From a virus (Duplodnaviria > Caudoviricetes), in the IMG/VR virus record IMGVR_UViG_3300037067_016777, positions 192,001-256,000 of that record: a DNA stretch of 64,000 nucleotides. One strand, 5' to 3'. Below the pieces are notes generated by a model. That model had not been told where the DNA came from. It did not search any database and saw only the letters and a program-made list of their open reading frames with translations. Positions within the stretch are counted from its first letter, which is position 1. Each line of letters starts with the position of its first letter. Shown piece by piece: positions 17,700-26,613 of this stretch. Both the position numbers and the translations under genes were made by a program.

Positions 17700-18221
17700 A
17701 TGCGACAAATCTATATAGCAAATAAACTTGAAGTGATAGGCCCTGATAGTGTTGCTATACCCGGATGCGAGCCCGAATCTTCCTTTTCAACTACAAGTCT
17801 TTCCTGGTTGCGTAATTGCAAGAGCACCTATGTGAAATTATCTATTGCACTAGCCGCTATTCCTGGGTCTACTATCGAGTGGCAAATAAATAATGGGCAG
17901 TCGAATGGAGCTACAAAGAAGTGGTTTGTATTGCCGCCATATTATCCTGGCTGTCCGTGTACTCCAATGCCAGATTACTATGCTATTCTTCGAAGCTTAG
18001 GCTCTTCAGATGAATTACCACCGACACAACCAGATTGTGCTGTGTTAGATCAGGGTTGGTGTCCGGCCAAGAACTTTAAAGAACAACTACCGCCACCGGT
18101 GAAACGCTATGTCCCAGAAGGTGAGATTTTCGGAATTACGCCATCATTATTATTTGGGCCGTACTATTATGGCAATGATCCACGAGACAGCCCAGCAGAT
18201 GATTTCCCTCTGACGATGTGA
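17700..18221 (+). CDS. hypothetical Pro/Cys-rich protein
   Basis: 173-aa ORF with GGGAG RBS. Confidence 0.55.
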   Translation: MRQIYIANKLEVIGPDSVAIPGCEPESSFSTTSLSWLRNCKSTYVKLSIALAAIPGSTIEWQINNGQSNGATKKWFVLPPYYPGCPCTPMPDYYAILRSLGSSDELPPTQPDCAVLDQGWCPAKNFKEQLPPPVKRYVPEGEIFGITPSLLFGPYYYGNDPRDSPADDFPLTM

Positions 18222-18228
18222 GTAGAAT

Positions 18229-18831
18229 ATGATTTATAATTTTAGTGGCATAAATGAGCAAGCAACAAGTACTCAAATAGATTTTCGTAGTGATGTGCAG
18301 CAGAATAATCCATTATATCAAGTACAAGATATAGATGCACCGGATATAGCGTTAGTTAAGAAAACAGCAATAGAGATGATTCAGGTTAATGGTGCTCTTG
18401 TTCGAGTCCATACTAGAACGGATAATATGGACCACGATAAAGTTTTTGATGAAGATACTGACCCAACATACTGGGCACCAATTAGTATCAAAGGATTCTT
18501 CGTACCAAATCCAATGGAATATGAATTGACTTTATGGGGTGTAGACTGCCCAAATAAACAAGAGATTGTATTTGCTCTTGAACAAGTAGTCGGTTTGAAG
18601 CCGAAGAGATTGTTTCGCCCAGGTGATTTAATAGAGCTACCGTTCGATTCTCAATCGCAACAGAAGCCTAAATACTTCATGATAGACAACGCATCTGAGG
18701 TGGGTAACTTCAGATATGTCTGGCTATATCTGAAGTGTGTGACTACACTTATAGTTGGCGATGTTAACTTGCGACCTGCTCAAGATGCTGTAGAGACAAT
18801 TGACGAGTATACCGACGAGATCGACGGATGA
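18229..18831 (+). CDS. head closure/neck protein (T4 gp14-like)
   Basis: EMIQVNG...KVFDEDTDPTY...RPGDLIELP pattern; position after neck gene. Confidence 0.65.
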   Translation: MIYNFSGINEQATSTQIDFRSDVQQNNPLYQVQDIDAPDIALVKKTAIEMIQVNGALVRVHTRTDNMDHDKVFDEDTDPTYWAPISIKGFFVPNPMEYELTLWGVDCPNKQEIVFALEQVVGLKPKRLFRPGDLIELPFDSQSQQKPKYFMIDNASEVGNFRYVWLYLKCVTTLIVGDVNLRPAQDAVETIDEYTDEIDG

Positions 18832-19183
18832 ACCTAATTTCTTGTGCTTTGCAACATCGAAAAAAGAATTTTCAAATCCGAGAGAATTGATTGGCCAAAT
18901 CGGCTTAGATTTGGAAGCTAAAGCCGGTAAGATAGGTAGTTTGTTTCGTGGGAATATACGTAAGGAGTTAGAAAAATTATCTGATAAAAAGAATATAATT
19001 ATATCAATAGAGCAGACAATCAATGGCTCTCTGATATCGTTAAAAATTGAGGATTGGGTTGATAAATTAGAGAAGGCAACAATAATAGAGGAATTCAAAG
19101 ATTTGATGGATCGCATCGGTGCTACTACTAGCGTCTGTTCTGGCGGATCTATCCCTGGTAGTTTAGTAGCACTTCTAAAATAG
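18800..19183 (+). CDS. hypothetical protein (start uncertain)
   Basis: ORF fills the gap between gp14- and gp15-like genes. Confidence 0.45.
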   Translation: MTSIPTRSTDEPNFLCFATSKKEFSNPRELIGQIGLDLEAKAGKIGSLFRGNIRKELEKLSDKKNIIISIEQTINGSLISLKIEDWVDKLEKATIIEEFKDLMDRIGATTSVCSGGSIPGSLVALLK

Positions 19184-19193
19184 GATAAATAAG

Positions 19194-20066
19194 ATGGCTA
19201 TCCATGAATTTACGCCACACGTTTTAGAGCGAGAGAGAACCTCTAATCCTGTTCCTGGCCCAGAACGCAATCCGCATATTGAGCTATATCCAGTGGGTGT
19301 AGCGCAGAGCAGCGATGTTCAAGGTGGCCGCTCTAGCATTTATGGCGAGACACTCGGCAGCCAGCCAGAGTTTATTCAAGAGTTCCTGATGCCGGGTTTT
19401 CACGCTCTTGACGAAGCGATGAAAACATATTGGTCTGGAATTAGAATACCAACTAAAGATGCCTACAGGTTTATGAGGGTTAAGATAGCTGGTGGCGATA
19501 AGAGTATTCTGATATGGCGTGATCAATTAAAAGAAGGACGAGTAAAATTTCCTGTTGCCTCTATTAGTCGGATCAGCCATGAATTCAATCCACAGAAGTT
19601 TAGTACGCCTGTGTTAGCGATGGCTCGCAGATATACTAGCAGTCGCATGGATCGAGTTGCTTTAATAAGGCGGCCAGTGCCTTTTTTGGTGAAATATACG
19701 CTCACAATATGGGCGTCTTATAAAGGTGAAGCCGATCACGCATTAGAACAGATTCTGCCACGATTCAATCCGTTAGCTGAATTCGTAATGTGTGATCAAC
19801 ACTTACGCGGTAGTGTACAGCTAAGATTTGAAGGGTCTGCCGACGCCAGCGAAAAGGAAGTTGGTTTTGATCAGAAAGCCAAAATACGATACGAATTTTC
19901 AATGACTGCTGAGGCTTGGCTGCCATTGCCAGAACTTATAGTTCCAACTATTCTTGGACACGCCACTGTGATTAAGGAATCTGCCACGAATGAATTATTA
20001 TCAATGGGACGAGGAGATACAACTAGACTGTTTTGTAAGCCTGACGTTGGTGGTTGGGATATTTGA
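19194..20066 (+). CDS. tail terminator / sheath stabiliser (T4 gp15-like)
   Basis: PVPFLVKYTLTIW...EQILPRFNP motif. Confidence 0.7.
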   Translation: MAIHEFTPHVLERERTSNPVPGPERNPHIELYPVGVAQSSDVQGGRSSIYGETLGSQPEFIQEFLMPGFHALDEAMKTYWSGIRIPTKDAYRFMRVKIAGGDKSILIWRDQLKEGRVKFPVASISRISHEFNPQKFSTPVLAMARRYTSSRMDRVALIRRPVPFLVKYTLTIWASYKGEADHALEQILPRFNPLAEFVMCDQHLRGSVQLRFEGSADASEKEVGFDQKAKIRYEFSMTAEAWLPLPELIVPTILGHATVIKESATNELLSMGRGDTTRLFCKPDVGGWDI

Positions 20067-20134
20067 GCGTTATGAATTATAATGTTTAAGATGTAGATAT
20101 ATGATTACTGTACTGTGATTGTAGTAGAGGATTT

Positions 20135-20383
20135 ATGAAACAACACAACAGAGAAACCAATTTTGTAGTGCAGATTTACAACTGTAGCACACAGATGATA
20201 CCGATTTCTGTGAGACCGCCAGGAGGCGATTTCTTTCTACATGAGCAGACAATTTACCTAAGGCGAGGTAAGACAGTCCGATTACCGAAGAGTTTCTTAA
20301 ACGATTCGCAGATTTCTAATTTGACCTCAAAACGGATGATAAGAATTCTGCATGATAGTGAGAAGGCCGCTATTAATAGTTAG
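20135..20383 (+). CDS. hypothetical protein
   Basis: GAGGA RBS, 82 aa. Confidence 0.55.
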   Translation: MKQHNRETNFVVQIYNCSTQMIPISVRPPGGDFFLHEQTIYLRRGKTVRLPKSFLNDSQISNLTSKRMIRILHDSEKAAINS

Positions 20384-20448
20384 CAGCTTATATCCATATA
20401 TCTCATCGCTATTAATAGTTAACGGCTTACATCCATATATATATCTCA
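20368..20448. repeat. imperfect tandem direct repeat, 39-bp period, each unit with palindrome CTATTAATAG
   Basis: CGCTATTAATAGTTAGCAGCTTATATCCATATATCTCA / CGCTATTAATAGTTAACGGCTTACATCCATATATATATCTCA. Confidence 0.85.
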
Positions 20449-20676
20449 GGATGTGCTATAAATTAAATCATATTATCCTGGCAAGTTATTGGTATATTGA
20501 TAGATGGTTTTGTGATGCATAAGAGAACACTACATAGGAGAGTAGTGAAGTAGACAATGGCCGAAAACGAGTTTGCAGAAGCGAAGGTTATATCAGGAAA
20601 TATAGTGGTGAAAAACTGTGTTATGTTTATTTAGGCAAATCTACCATAGTTTGATACTAGACAACGGAGATTAAAA

Positions 20677-23535
20677 ATGCCGACCTACCTTTCGCCGGGA
20701 GTTTATCCTAGGGAAATAGACCTTAGTGCAGTTACTGGCCAAACTGGGCCGCTTCGTGCGGCATTTGTTGGAACTGCCAAAAAAGGTCCTCTGAATACTC
20801 CAGTCTTTGTAAGTGGTGCTCAACAGGCTATCGACACATTCGGAGAGCCGTTTGTCGATAGTTATCTGATGTATGCAGTCCTCGCCTATTTGGAGGAAAG
20901 CAATCAAGCATATGTCATTCGGGTTGGTATTGAATGCCAAGATGGACAGCCTGTAGAATTAGGCGATGTTTGTATTGATACTTCTGGATCTCGGGTGAAC
21001 GGATGGGGTCGGATTCCAGTATTCACTGGTATCGATTACGGCAAATTACTTATGCGAGCTGTGTCGACAGCTTCGCCCGTTGTCTTTCATGATGCTGCTG
21101 TCGAGAACATAACGTTTACTGATGTTAGTGTGTCAGTTACTGATGGGCCAACCAGCGCAACATTGCAATTCACCGGCGAAACCGATCTAAGCGATAGCTA
21201 TACTGGTTGCACTGACGACACTTTTTCATTATTCATTACTGGCGCTTCAGACGATGGATACATGATAAAGGGAGCAACATTCCAGCTATTCCGCAGCCGC
21301 GATAATGCATTGATGGTTAGTGGTACTTTGGACGAGAAGGTAACGGGGGCTACGAGCACCAGTACTAATATTGTAATCGGTGACGGTCTTGAATGCAACA
21401 TTCTTGTTACTGATGGCCGCCTTGACACCAATGACGTATTCTCGTTCACAGCAAAACCGTACAACAGAGAGCTAGAAGTAGAGGTTGAGGGTGTTGGTGG
21501 CACTTATATTATGCCAGTTGCTACCTATACTTCAGCAGACACTCTAGTTGCCGCAATCAATCTGCTAATTGCAACTGAGGATTATGTTGCTGTTGCAGAT
21601 ACTGTTGCTAGTGTTGAATATCCAGAATTGCGTACGAAGGTTGCTGGGGATCGTATTCAGTTGATAGGATCATGTGCTTTTGCTTCTGAGGTTGGAGTGC
21701 AGCAATATGCTTATGACATTCCACGTAGTTATTTGTATGGCTCTGATGCTGAACCATTTTTCATCAACAGCCAAAGTAATCGTGTAGCAATCGACATAAT
21801 CCCAGCAGATAGAAGCGACACTATCAGTGTCGCTTTTACTATTCCTGTCGGAACGAATTTGTCAGCTACAACCATAGCAGCGGCCATTAATGGCAATGGG
21901 ACTTATGCTGGCGAGACATACTTTACATCATTTGCTATCACCGCTCCTGGCGATATTCCGCATGTTGTTGTTGTAACTTCAGATGGACATAGGCTTGATC
22001 AGCTCTATTTGAAGGCTAATTACTCCAACCTTAAGACATTGATGTTTGCCGAGGAAATCGGTGTACTTTCTCCTTACACGAAAGCATACCGTGGGTTTTC
22101 TGACAGTCGCGTGTCGCTGCCTGATACTGGTGAAATCACGCCATCTGTGCCGTTATCTTGCGAATTAGCTCCGAGCGGACCAGATTGTGCGCTCGACACA
22201 GCTTATTTCGCCAATATTGTCGGATGGTTTGTCGCATCGAGCGCTGGGACGTGGTTGGACGATTACACTCTGACGCTCTCACTGCAGACTCAAATTGCAG
22301 GCAATGCGGCTGCACGTTATCAGTTAACTATGACTGATCCAGACGGTGCTACTGCCGAGAGCATTCAAAATCTCAGTTTCGATAAGACTGACGATCGATA
22401 TATCGGTAATGTTTTGAATCCTGGCTCCGCTTACGGTGGAGTTAGTGGTAATGAGTTTATCAATTGGGAAGATCGGCCATCATTCTTAAATAATGATGAA
22501 CTTGATCCAAGTACCTACGAAGTTAGGCAGCCTGCACAGTTGTCGAAGCAGATGTTTGTTGGTGGTACTAATGGCATACCGGTAGATCCAGCATATTCGA
22601 GCGAATTGGATGCTGCGATTATTGGTAATGCACAAGATTCAAGCGGCATGTATGGTGTGCAGAACTCTGAGACTTATGACATTAATTTGCTGGTAGTTCC
22701 AGGGATGACATCTGGTGCGGTCATTGGCCAAGGATTGCAACTGTGTGAAAGTCGTGGCGATACCTTGTTTGTCGTCGATCCGCCGTTCGGTCTTCGCCCA
22801 CAGCAGGTTGTCGATTGGCATAATGGGATGTTGTTATCTGATCTTTCAGCTGCAATCAATAGCAGTTATGGTGCATTGTATTGGAGCTGGGTGAAGATTT
22901 ATGACCAGTTCAGCAAGCAATACATTTGGGTTCCACCATCTGGTCAGGTTGCTGGAGTTTTTGCTCGTACTTCCAATGTGGCAGAGCAATGGTATGCCCC
23001 TGCTGGTATCAATCGCGGAGTTTTGAATACAGCATTGGACGTTGAATACAACCCAAGCCAGGGAGAGCGTGATCTGTTGTATGGTAGTGGTAATGCTGTC
23101 AATCCATTGGTATCATTCCCGAAAGATGGTATCGTGGTTTTTGGGCAGCGAACACTGCAACGATCTACCACAGCACTAGATAGAGTAAATGTGCGGATGC
23201 TGTTAATTTACTTAAAGAAGAATCTGATTCAAACGCTCAGATCATTTGTGTTCGAGCCAAATGATGCTACTACTTGGGCGCAGGTCAGAACGCTAGTTAA
23301 TCCATTTTTGGCAGATATCCAAGCACGTCGTGGACTTGACGCTTACAACGTGGTTTGCGACGAGTCAAACAACACACCGGCGAGACGAGACCTTAACCAA
23401 TTGTGGGTATCGGTTTTCATTAAGCCGACGAGAACTATCGAATTCATCGTGCTTAATCTCGTTGTGATGCAGTCTTCAGCTTCCTTTAGTTCAGAGGAAA
23501 TCTTGGCTGCTGGTGGTGTCGTAGTAAGCGGGTGA
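20677..23535 (+). CDS. tail sheath protein (T4 gp18-like)
   Basis: YLSPGVYPREID, WYAPAGINRG, GQRTLQ, RVNVRML, FEPND, KPTRTIEFI. Confidence 0.95.
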   Translation: MPTYLSPGVYPREIDLSAVTGQTGPLRAAFVGTAKKGPLNTPVFVSGAQQAIDTFGEPFVDSYLMYAVLAYLEESNQAYVIRVGIECQDGQPVELGDVCIDTSGSRVNGWGRIPVFTGIDYGKLLMRAVSTASPVVFHDAAVENITFTDVSVSVTDGPTSATLQFTGETDLSDSYTGCTDDTFSLFITGASDDGYMIKGATFQLFRSRDNALMVSGTLDEKVTGATSTSTNIVIGDGLECNILVTDGRLDTNDVFSFTAKPYNRELEVEVEGVGGTYIMPVATYTSADTLVAAINLLIATEDYVAVADTVASVEYPELRTKVAGDRIQLIGSCAFASEVGVQQYAYDIPRSYLYGSDAEPFFINSQSNRVAIDIIPADRSDTISVAFTIPVGTNLSATTIAAAINGNGTYAGETYFTSFAITAPGDIPHVVVVTSDGHRLDQLYLKANYSNLKTLMFAEEIGVLSPYTKAYRGFSDSRVSLPDTGEITPSVPLSCELAPSGPDCALDTAYFANIVGWFVASSAGTWLDDYTLTLSLQTQIAGNAAARYQLTMTDPDGATAESIQNLSFDKTDDRYIGNVLNPGSAYGGVSGNEFINWEDRPSFLNNDELDPSTYEVRQPAQLSKQMFVGGTNGIPVDPAYSSELDAAIIGNAQDSSGMYGVQNSETYDINLLVVPGMTSGAVIGQGLQLCESRGDTLFVVDPPFGLRPQQVVDWHNGMLLSDLSAAINSSYGALYWSWVKIYDQFSKQYIWVPPSGQVAGVFARTSNVAEQWYAPAGINRGVLNTALDVEYNPSQGERDLLYGSGNAVNPLVSFPKDGIVVFGQRTLQRSTTALDRVNVRMLLIYLKKNLIQTLRSFVFEPNDATTWAQVRTLVNPFLADIQARRGLDAYNVVCDESNNTPARRDLNQLWVSVFIKPTRTIEFIVLNLVVMQSSASFSSEEILAAGGVVVSG

Positions 23536-23559
23536 CAGTCCGACGCGACGAATAGACGG

Positions 23560-23583
23560 GAGGGCCAGCTTTCGCTGGCCCTC
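23560..23583. terminator. terminator-like hairpin after sheath gene
   Basis: GAGGGCCAGC-TTTC-GCTGGCCCTC. Confidence 0.7.
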
Positions 23584-23609
23584 TTCGTATAAAGATATCA
23601 CACTTGATT

Positions 23610-23757
23610 TAGATAAGCATGGACGGCATCGGTCAAGTGGCTATATAAGTGGTTCACTAAAATTATCAATAATCTGTTGATGGTTTAGATAAGTGCGAAC
23701 AGCATCGGTTAAGTGGTTATCTACAAGTGGCTCGCCAAAAGTATCGATAATCTGCTG
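23610..23757 (-). repeat. tandem duplication (78-bp period) encoding a sheath-like peptide
   Basis: Copy 1 23686-23757 (QQIIDTFGEPLVDNHLTDAVRTYL); copy 2 23610-23679 with a 2-nt deletion. Confidence 0.85.
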
Positions 23758-24768
23758 ATTGCTTGTGATAACGATGTTGTTGTGTGGGCATCTACCATAG
23801 AGGCCCTTAGCTTTATTACAATTTGCACACAAAAGCTGCAAATAATCTGGATAATCATTAGCGATAATCCAACTAGCAGTTACCTGTTTAACCTCTTTGC
23901 GATGTTCGTTACCATCGTTGTTGATATGATCAAATTCTAAGAAGGCCCAATTAGACTCACCGCAGCAAACGCATTTACCACCGTAATGAGCAATAGCTTT
24001 TAATCGTATTTTGCGATTTTTGTTGTATGGTATAATATCTTTACAATGAGGACAAACTTTGTAATTAGCAACACCGCGATTACAATTCGCACACAATATT
24101 CTTAGATCAGTTGGGAATTTATGTCTTATTATCCAACTCATCATATGCATACCAACTAGACGTCGATGACGCTTGCCGTCGCCGTTAATGTGATCTACTT
24201 CTAAAAATTCGTAAGTTGTCTCACCACAGCATGCGCATTTTGCACCATAACGATCCAGAACTTTTTCACGGTCTCGACGCCATTTGCGTTTGCTAGCTTC
24301 TACGTGAATGTCGTTACATTTCTTACAGCGTATTGATTCGTCAACAGATAAGTCAACGCCACATACTATGCATTGATTTTTTGCTCTGCGGTCATTGTAT
24401 CGCTGCATAATAATCAACGTTTGATAAGCTGTATGGCTAGCACAATAAATCTTGCCTGGTAATGGTGCTTTGCCACATCTAGGGCATAATCCTTTTGCAA
24501 TCCAGCGCTTATCATGGACGATGCGTTCTCTTTTGCCTTTCTCTTTACACTTATCGCACATTTTGCCTTTTGTGATGTGCTTCCCACACAAGCAAACTCC
24601 TATGGCTTGTCTGGCTTTCCGAGCAGCCTTTCGTCTCTCGCTTTTCCTGGTCAGACATTTAGAGCACGACGACTTCTCCGAATCGCGAGGACCACCGCAC
24701 ATCAAACATAAGTTATTGGTGATACGGTGCTGACGCTGGAGAGGATATTCAGTTTTGCGATCTTTCAT
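23641..24768 (-). CDS. free-standing HNH endonuclease with Cys-rich repeats and two HNH domains
   Basis: CACCGE...LEVDHING...LCANCN occurs twice; multiple CxxC; AGGTG before ATG 24768. Confidence 0.8.
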   Translation of the reverse strand: MKDRKTEYPLQRQHRITNNLCLMCGGPRDSEKSSCSKCLTRKSERRKAARKARQAIGVCLCGKHITKGKMCDKCKEKGKRERIVHDKRWIAKGLCPRCGKAPLPGKIYCASHTAYQTLIIMQRYNDRRAKNQCIVCGVDLSVDESIRCKKCNDIHVEASKRKWRRDREKVLDRYGAKCACCGETTYEFLEVDHINGDGKRHRRLVGMHMMSWIIRHKFPTDLRILCANCNRGVANYKVCPHCKDIIPYNKNRKIRLKAIAHYGGKCVCCGESNWAFLEFDHINNDGNEHRKEVKQVTASWIIANDYPDYLQLLCANCNKAKGLYGRCPHNNIVITSNQQIIDTFGEPLVDNHLTDAVRTYLNHQQIIDNFSEPLI

Positions 24769-24888
24769 GACGCACCTATGGTGAAAATGAACGTCCAATG
24801 ATTAAATACATTTCCACAAACATTGAAATTATGACGAGGGTCTTGCCCATCAATTTGGTGGTCTAACCAACCTCGAAGGAGGGTCTTC

Positions 24889-25395
24889 GTGCCAGGCTTC
24901 AACATATGTGGTACAGGTAGCGGGCCAGCCTCCAATTTGGAGACTCGTAGAAAACATCGCTGGGTTTTTCGAACCCTTGGTGATATTAGCTCCGCAGCTT
25001 TGCTGGTCTTACAATCAGCATCGCGGCCGAACTTTAAGTTCGCAGAGCCAGAAATGCACCATGACCAGGAAGTAGCTTACTTCGCGGGTAAGCAGACCTG
25101 GGAGCCGGTGAGTATGAAGTGGTATGACGTTGAGCAAAGCCCAGATGTGTCAGATACAATCTACGTGTGGTTGAACACGGTTTGTGAATTGACCACGGCC
25201 ACTGTAGCTGCTCCATCTGTTTACAAGAAGCAAGCTACTTTGGAGATGATTGGTGCTTCTGGCAACACCACAGAGACTTGGACGATGTGTAATGCGTGGC
25301 CCAAGGAAGTGAACTGGGGTGACTTGGATTATACGGCGACTGATATCGTGACGATTGAAGCGACGTTGCGATATGATCGCGCTATGAAGAATTAG
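24889..25395 (+). CDS. major tail tube protein (T4 gp19-like)
   Basis: RPNFKF...AGKQTWEPV...NAWPKEVNWGDLDY...LRYD; GTG start with GGAGG. Confidence 0.9.
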   Translation: MPGFNICGTGSGPASNLETRRKHRWVFRTLGDISSAALLVLQSASRPNFKFAEPEMHHDQEVAYFAGKQTWEPVSMKWYDVEQSPDVSDTIYVWLNTVCELTTATVAAPSVYKKQATLEMIGASGNTTETWTMCNAWPKEVNWGDLDYTATDIVTIEATLRYDRAMKN

Positions 25396-25423
25396 TAATT
25401 GGTTCTTCGACGACAGAAATACC

Positions 25424-25470
25424 CGGCCCCACCACATCAAATCTAAAATGTGGTGGGGCCGATTTTATTT
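25424..25470 (+). terminator. intrinsic terminator after major tube gene
   Basis: 14-bp stem CGGCCCCACCACAT / ATGTGGTGGGGCCG followed by ATTTTATTT. Confidence 0.75.
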
Positions 25471-25482
25471 GGAGACACTCAA

Positions 25483-25998
25483 ATTCCAGGCTTCAATATC
25501 GGCGACGTCTATAGTTCTGAAGCACCAACAGCCAAGATCGAGTTGGCGCGCCAACATCGTTGGAAATTTGCGACCTTGGATCCATTGAAAGCAATACTAA
25601 TATATGCACATAAATCCGGCAGACCAAAAATAGAAATCGATAGGGCGACATTACATCATCAACAAGATTGTATTTATTTTCCTGGTAAACAGAAATGGTT
25701 GCCAATTGATATAACTTTCTATCACACAGTTGGCAGTACTGATTCTGCTTTTGAGATATATAAATGGTGGTCGACAAATGTTATAGATATTACTAAATCT
25801 GTGATTAGTTTGAAGAAACAAACATGTACCTTGGAATTGCTTGATGGCAATGACGCTGTAGTTTATAAATATATGATATATGGTTGTTGGCCGTCCAAAA
25901 TTACACCAGACGAACTAGATTATGCTTCGTCAAAGATTAGTGAAATCACATTTACGCTTGAAATGGATAAGGCAATTGAGCTACACGAGGAAGGGTAA
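25483..25998 (+). CDS. tail tube paralogue 2 (probable ATT start)
   Basis: GGAG 8 nt before ATT-CCA-GGC-TTC (xPGFNI aligns with MPGFNI of tube 1); PGKQKW...GCWPSKI...LDY. Confidence 0.8.
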   Translation: MPGFNIGDVYSSEAPTAKIELARQHRWKFATLDPLKAILIYAHKSGRPKIEIDRATLHHQQDCIYFPGKQKWLPIDITFYHTVGSTDSAFEIYKWWSTNVIDITKSVISLKKQTCTLELLDGNDAVVYKYMIYGCWPSKITPDELDYASSKISEITFTLEMDKAIELHEEG

Positions 25999-26003
25999 TC
26001 GAA

Positions 26004-26549
26004 ATTCCAGGATTTATTGTTGCAACTGATGTTGGTGCCGGAATTGCTGCCACAGAGAACAGCTTAAAACCTGTTTATCAATATACCTGGGAAATTTTTA
26101 ATCTGTTTGAAGATACACGCAACTTATTCCCAACAAAATTATTAGCTAAGGATGCTACATTACCAACATTTACTATCGCTAAAGATACGACAGATGGATC
26201 GTCTCTAGTCTATAAATATGCTGGGATGGTTACATGGGAAGATGTCAGGATTACTTTTTATGATGTTGTGGTTGATTCTTCTAATAGGGCGTCAGATATT
26301 ATTAAGAGCTGGCGCGAAAGAGTGTGGTCAGCCGATACAGGTCTTAAAAGTCCAACAGATTACAAAAAAGATTCTATTATAAAAGTATACAATTTAGATT
26401 TTACATCTGTGACAACATGGACTTTACACGGCAGTTGGCCGCAGATTGTCAAAGAGGGCGATTTGACATATACCGCAACAGAAGTGAAAGTCATTGAGGT
26501 TACTGTTGCGTATGATTGGGCCGATTCAATATCAACAGATGAAGAATAG
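26004..26549 (+). CDS. tail tube paralogue 3 (probable ATT start)
   Basis: ATT-CCA-GGA-TTT (xPGF); no ATG/GTG/TTG between in-frame TGA 25977 and 26226; AGMVTWEDV...GSWPQIVKEGDLTY...AYD. Confidence 0.8.
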   Translation: MPGFIVATDVGAGIAATENSLKPVYQYTWEIFNLFEDTRNLFPTKLLAKDATLPTFTIAKDTTDGSSLVYKYAGMVTWEDVRITFYDVVVDSSNRASDIIKSWRERVWSADTGLKSPTDYKKDSIIKVYNLDFTSVTTWTLHGSWPQIVKEGDLTYTATEVKVIEVTVAYDWADSISTDEE

Positions 26550-26613
26550 TATAGAAAATCTCTAATTTGGTAGATATAATCTAGGCAACATAAACTTGTT
26601 TCATAGGTGAATT

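Noticed and set aside
25450-25482. ORF-track GTG start for tube paralogue 2
   Set aside because: It lies inside the terminator stem with no RBS; paralogue alignment points to ATT 25483.
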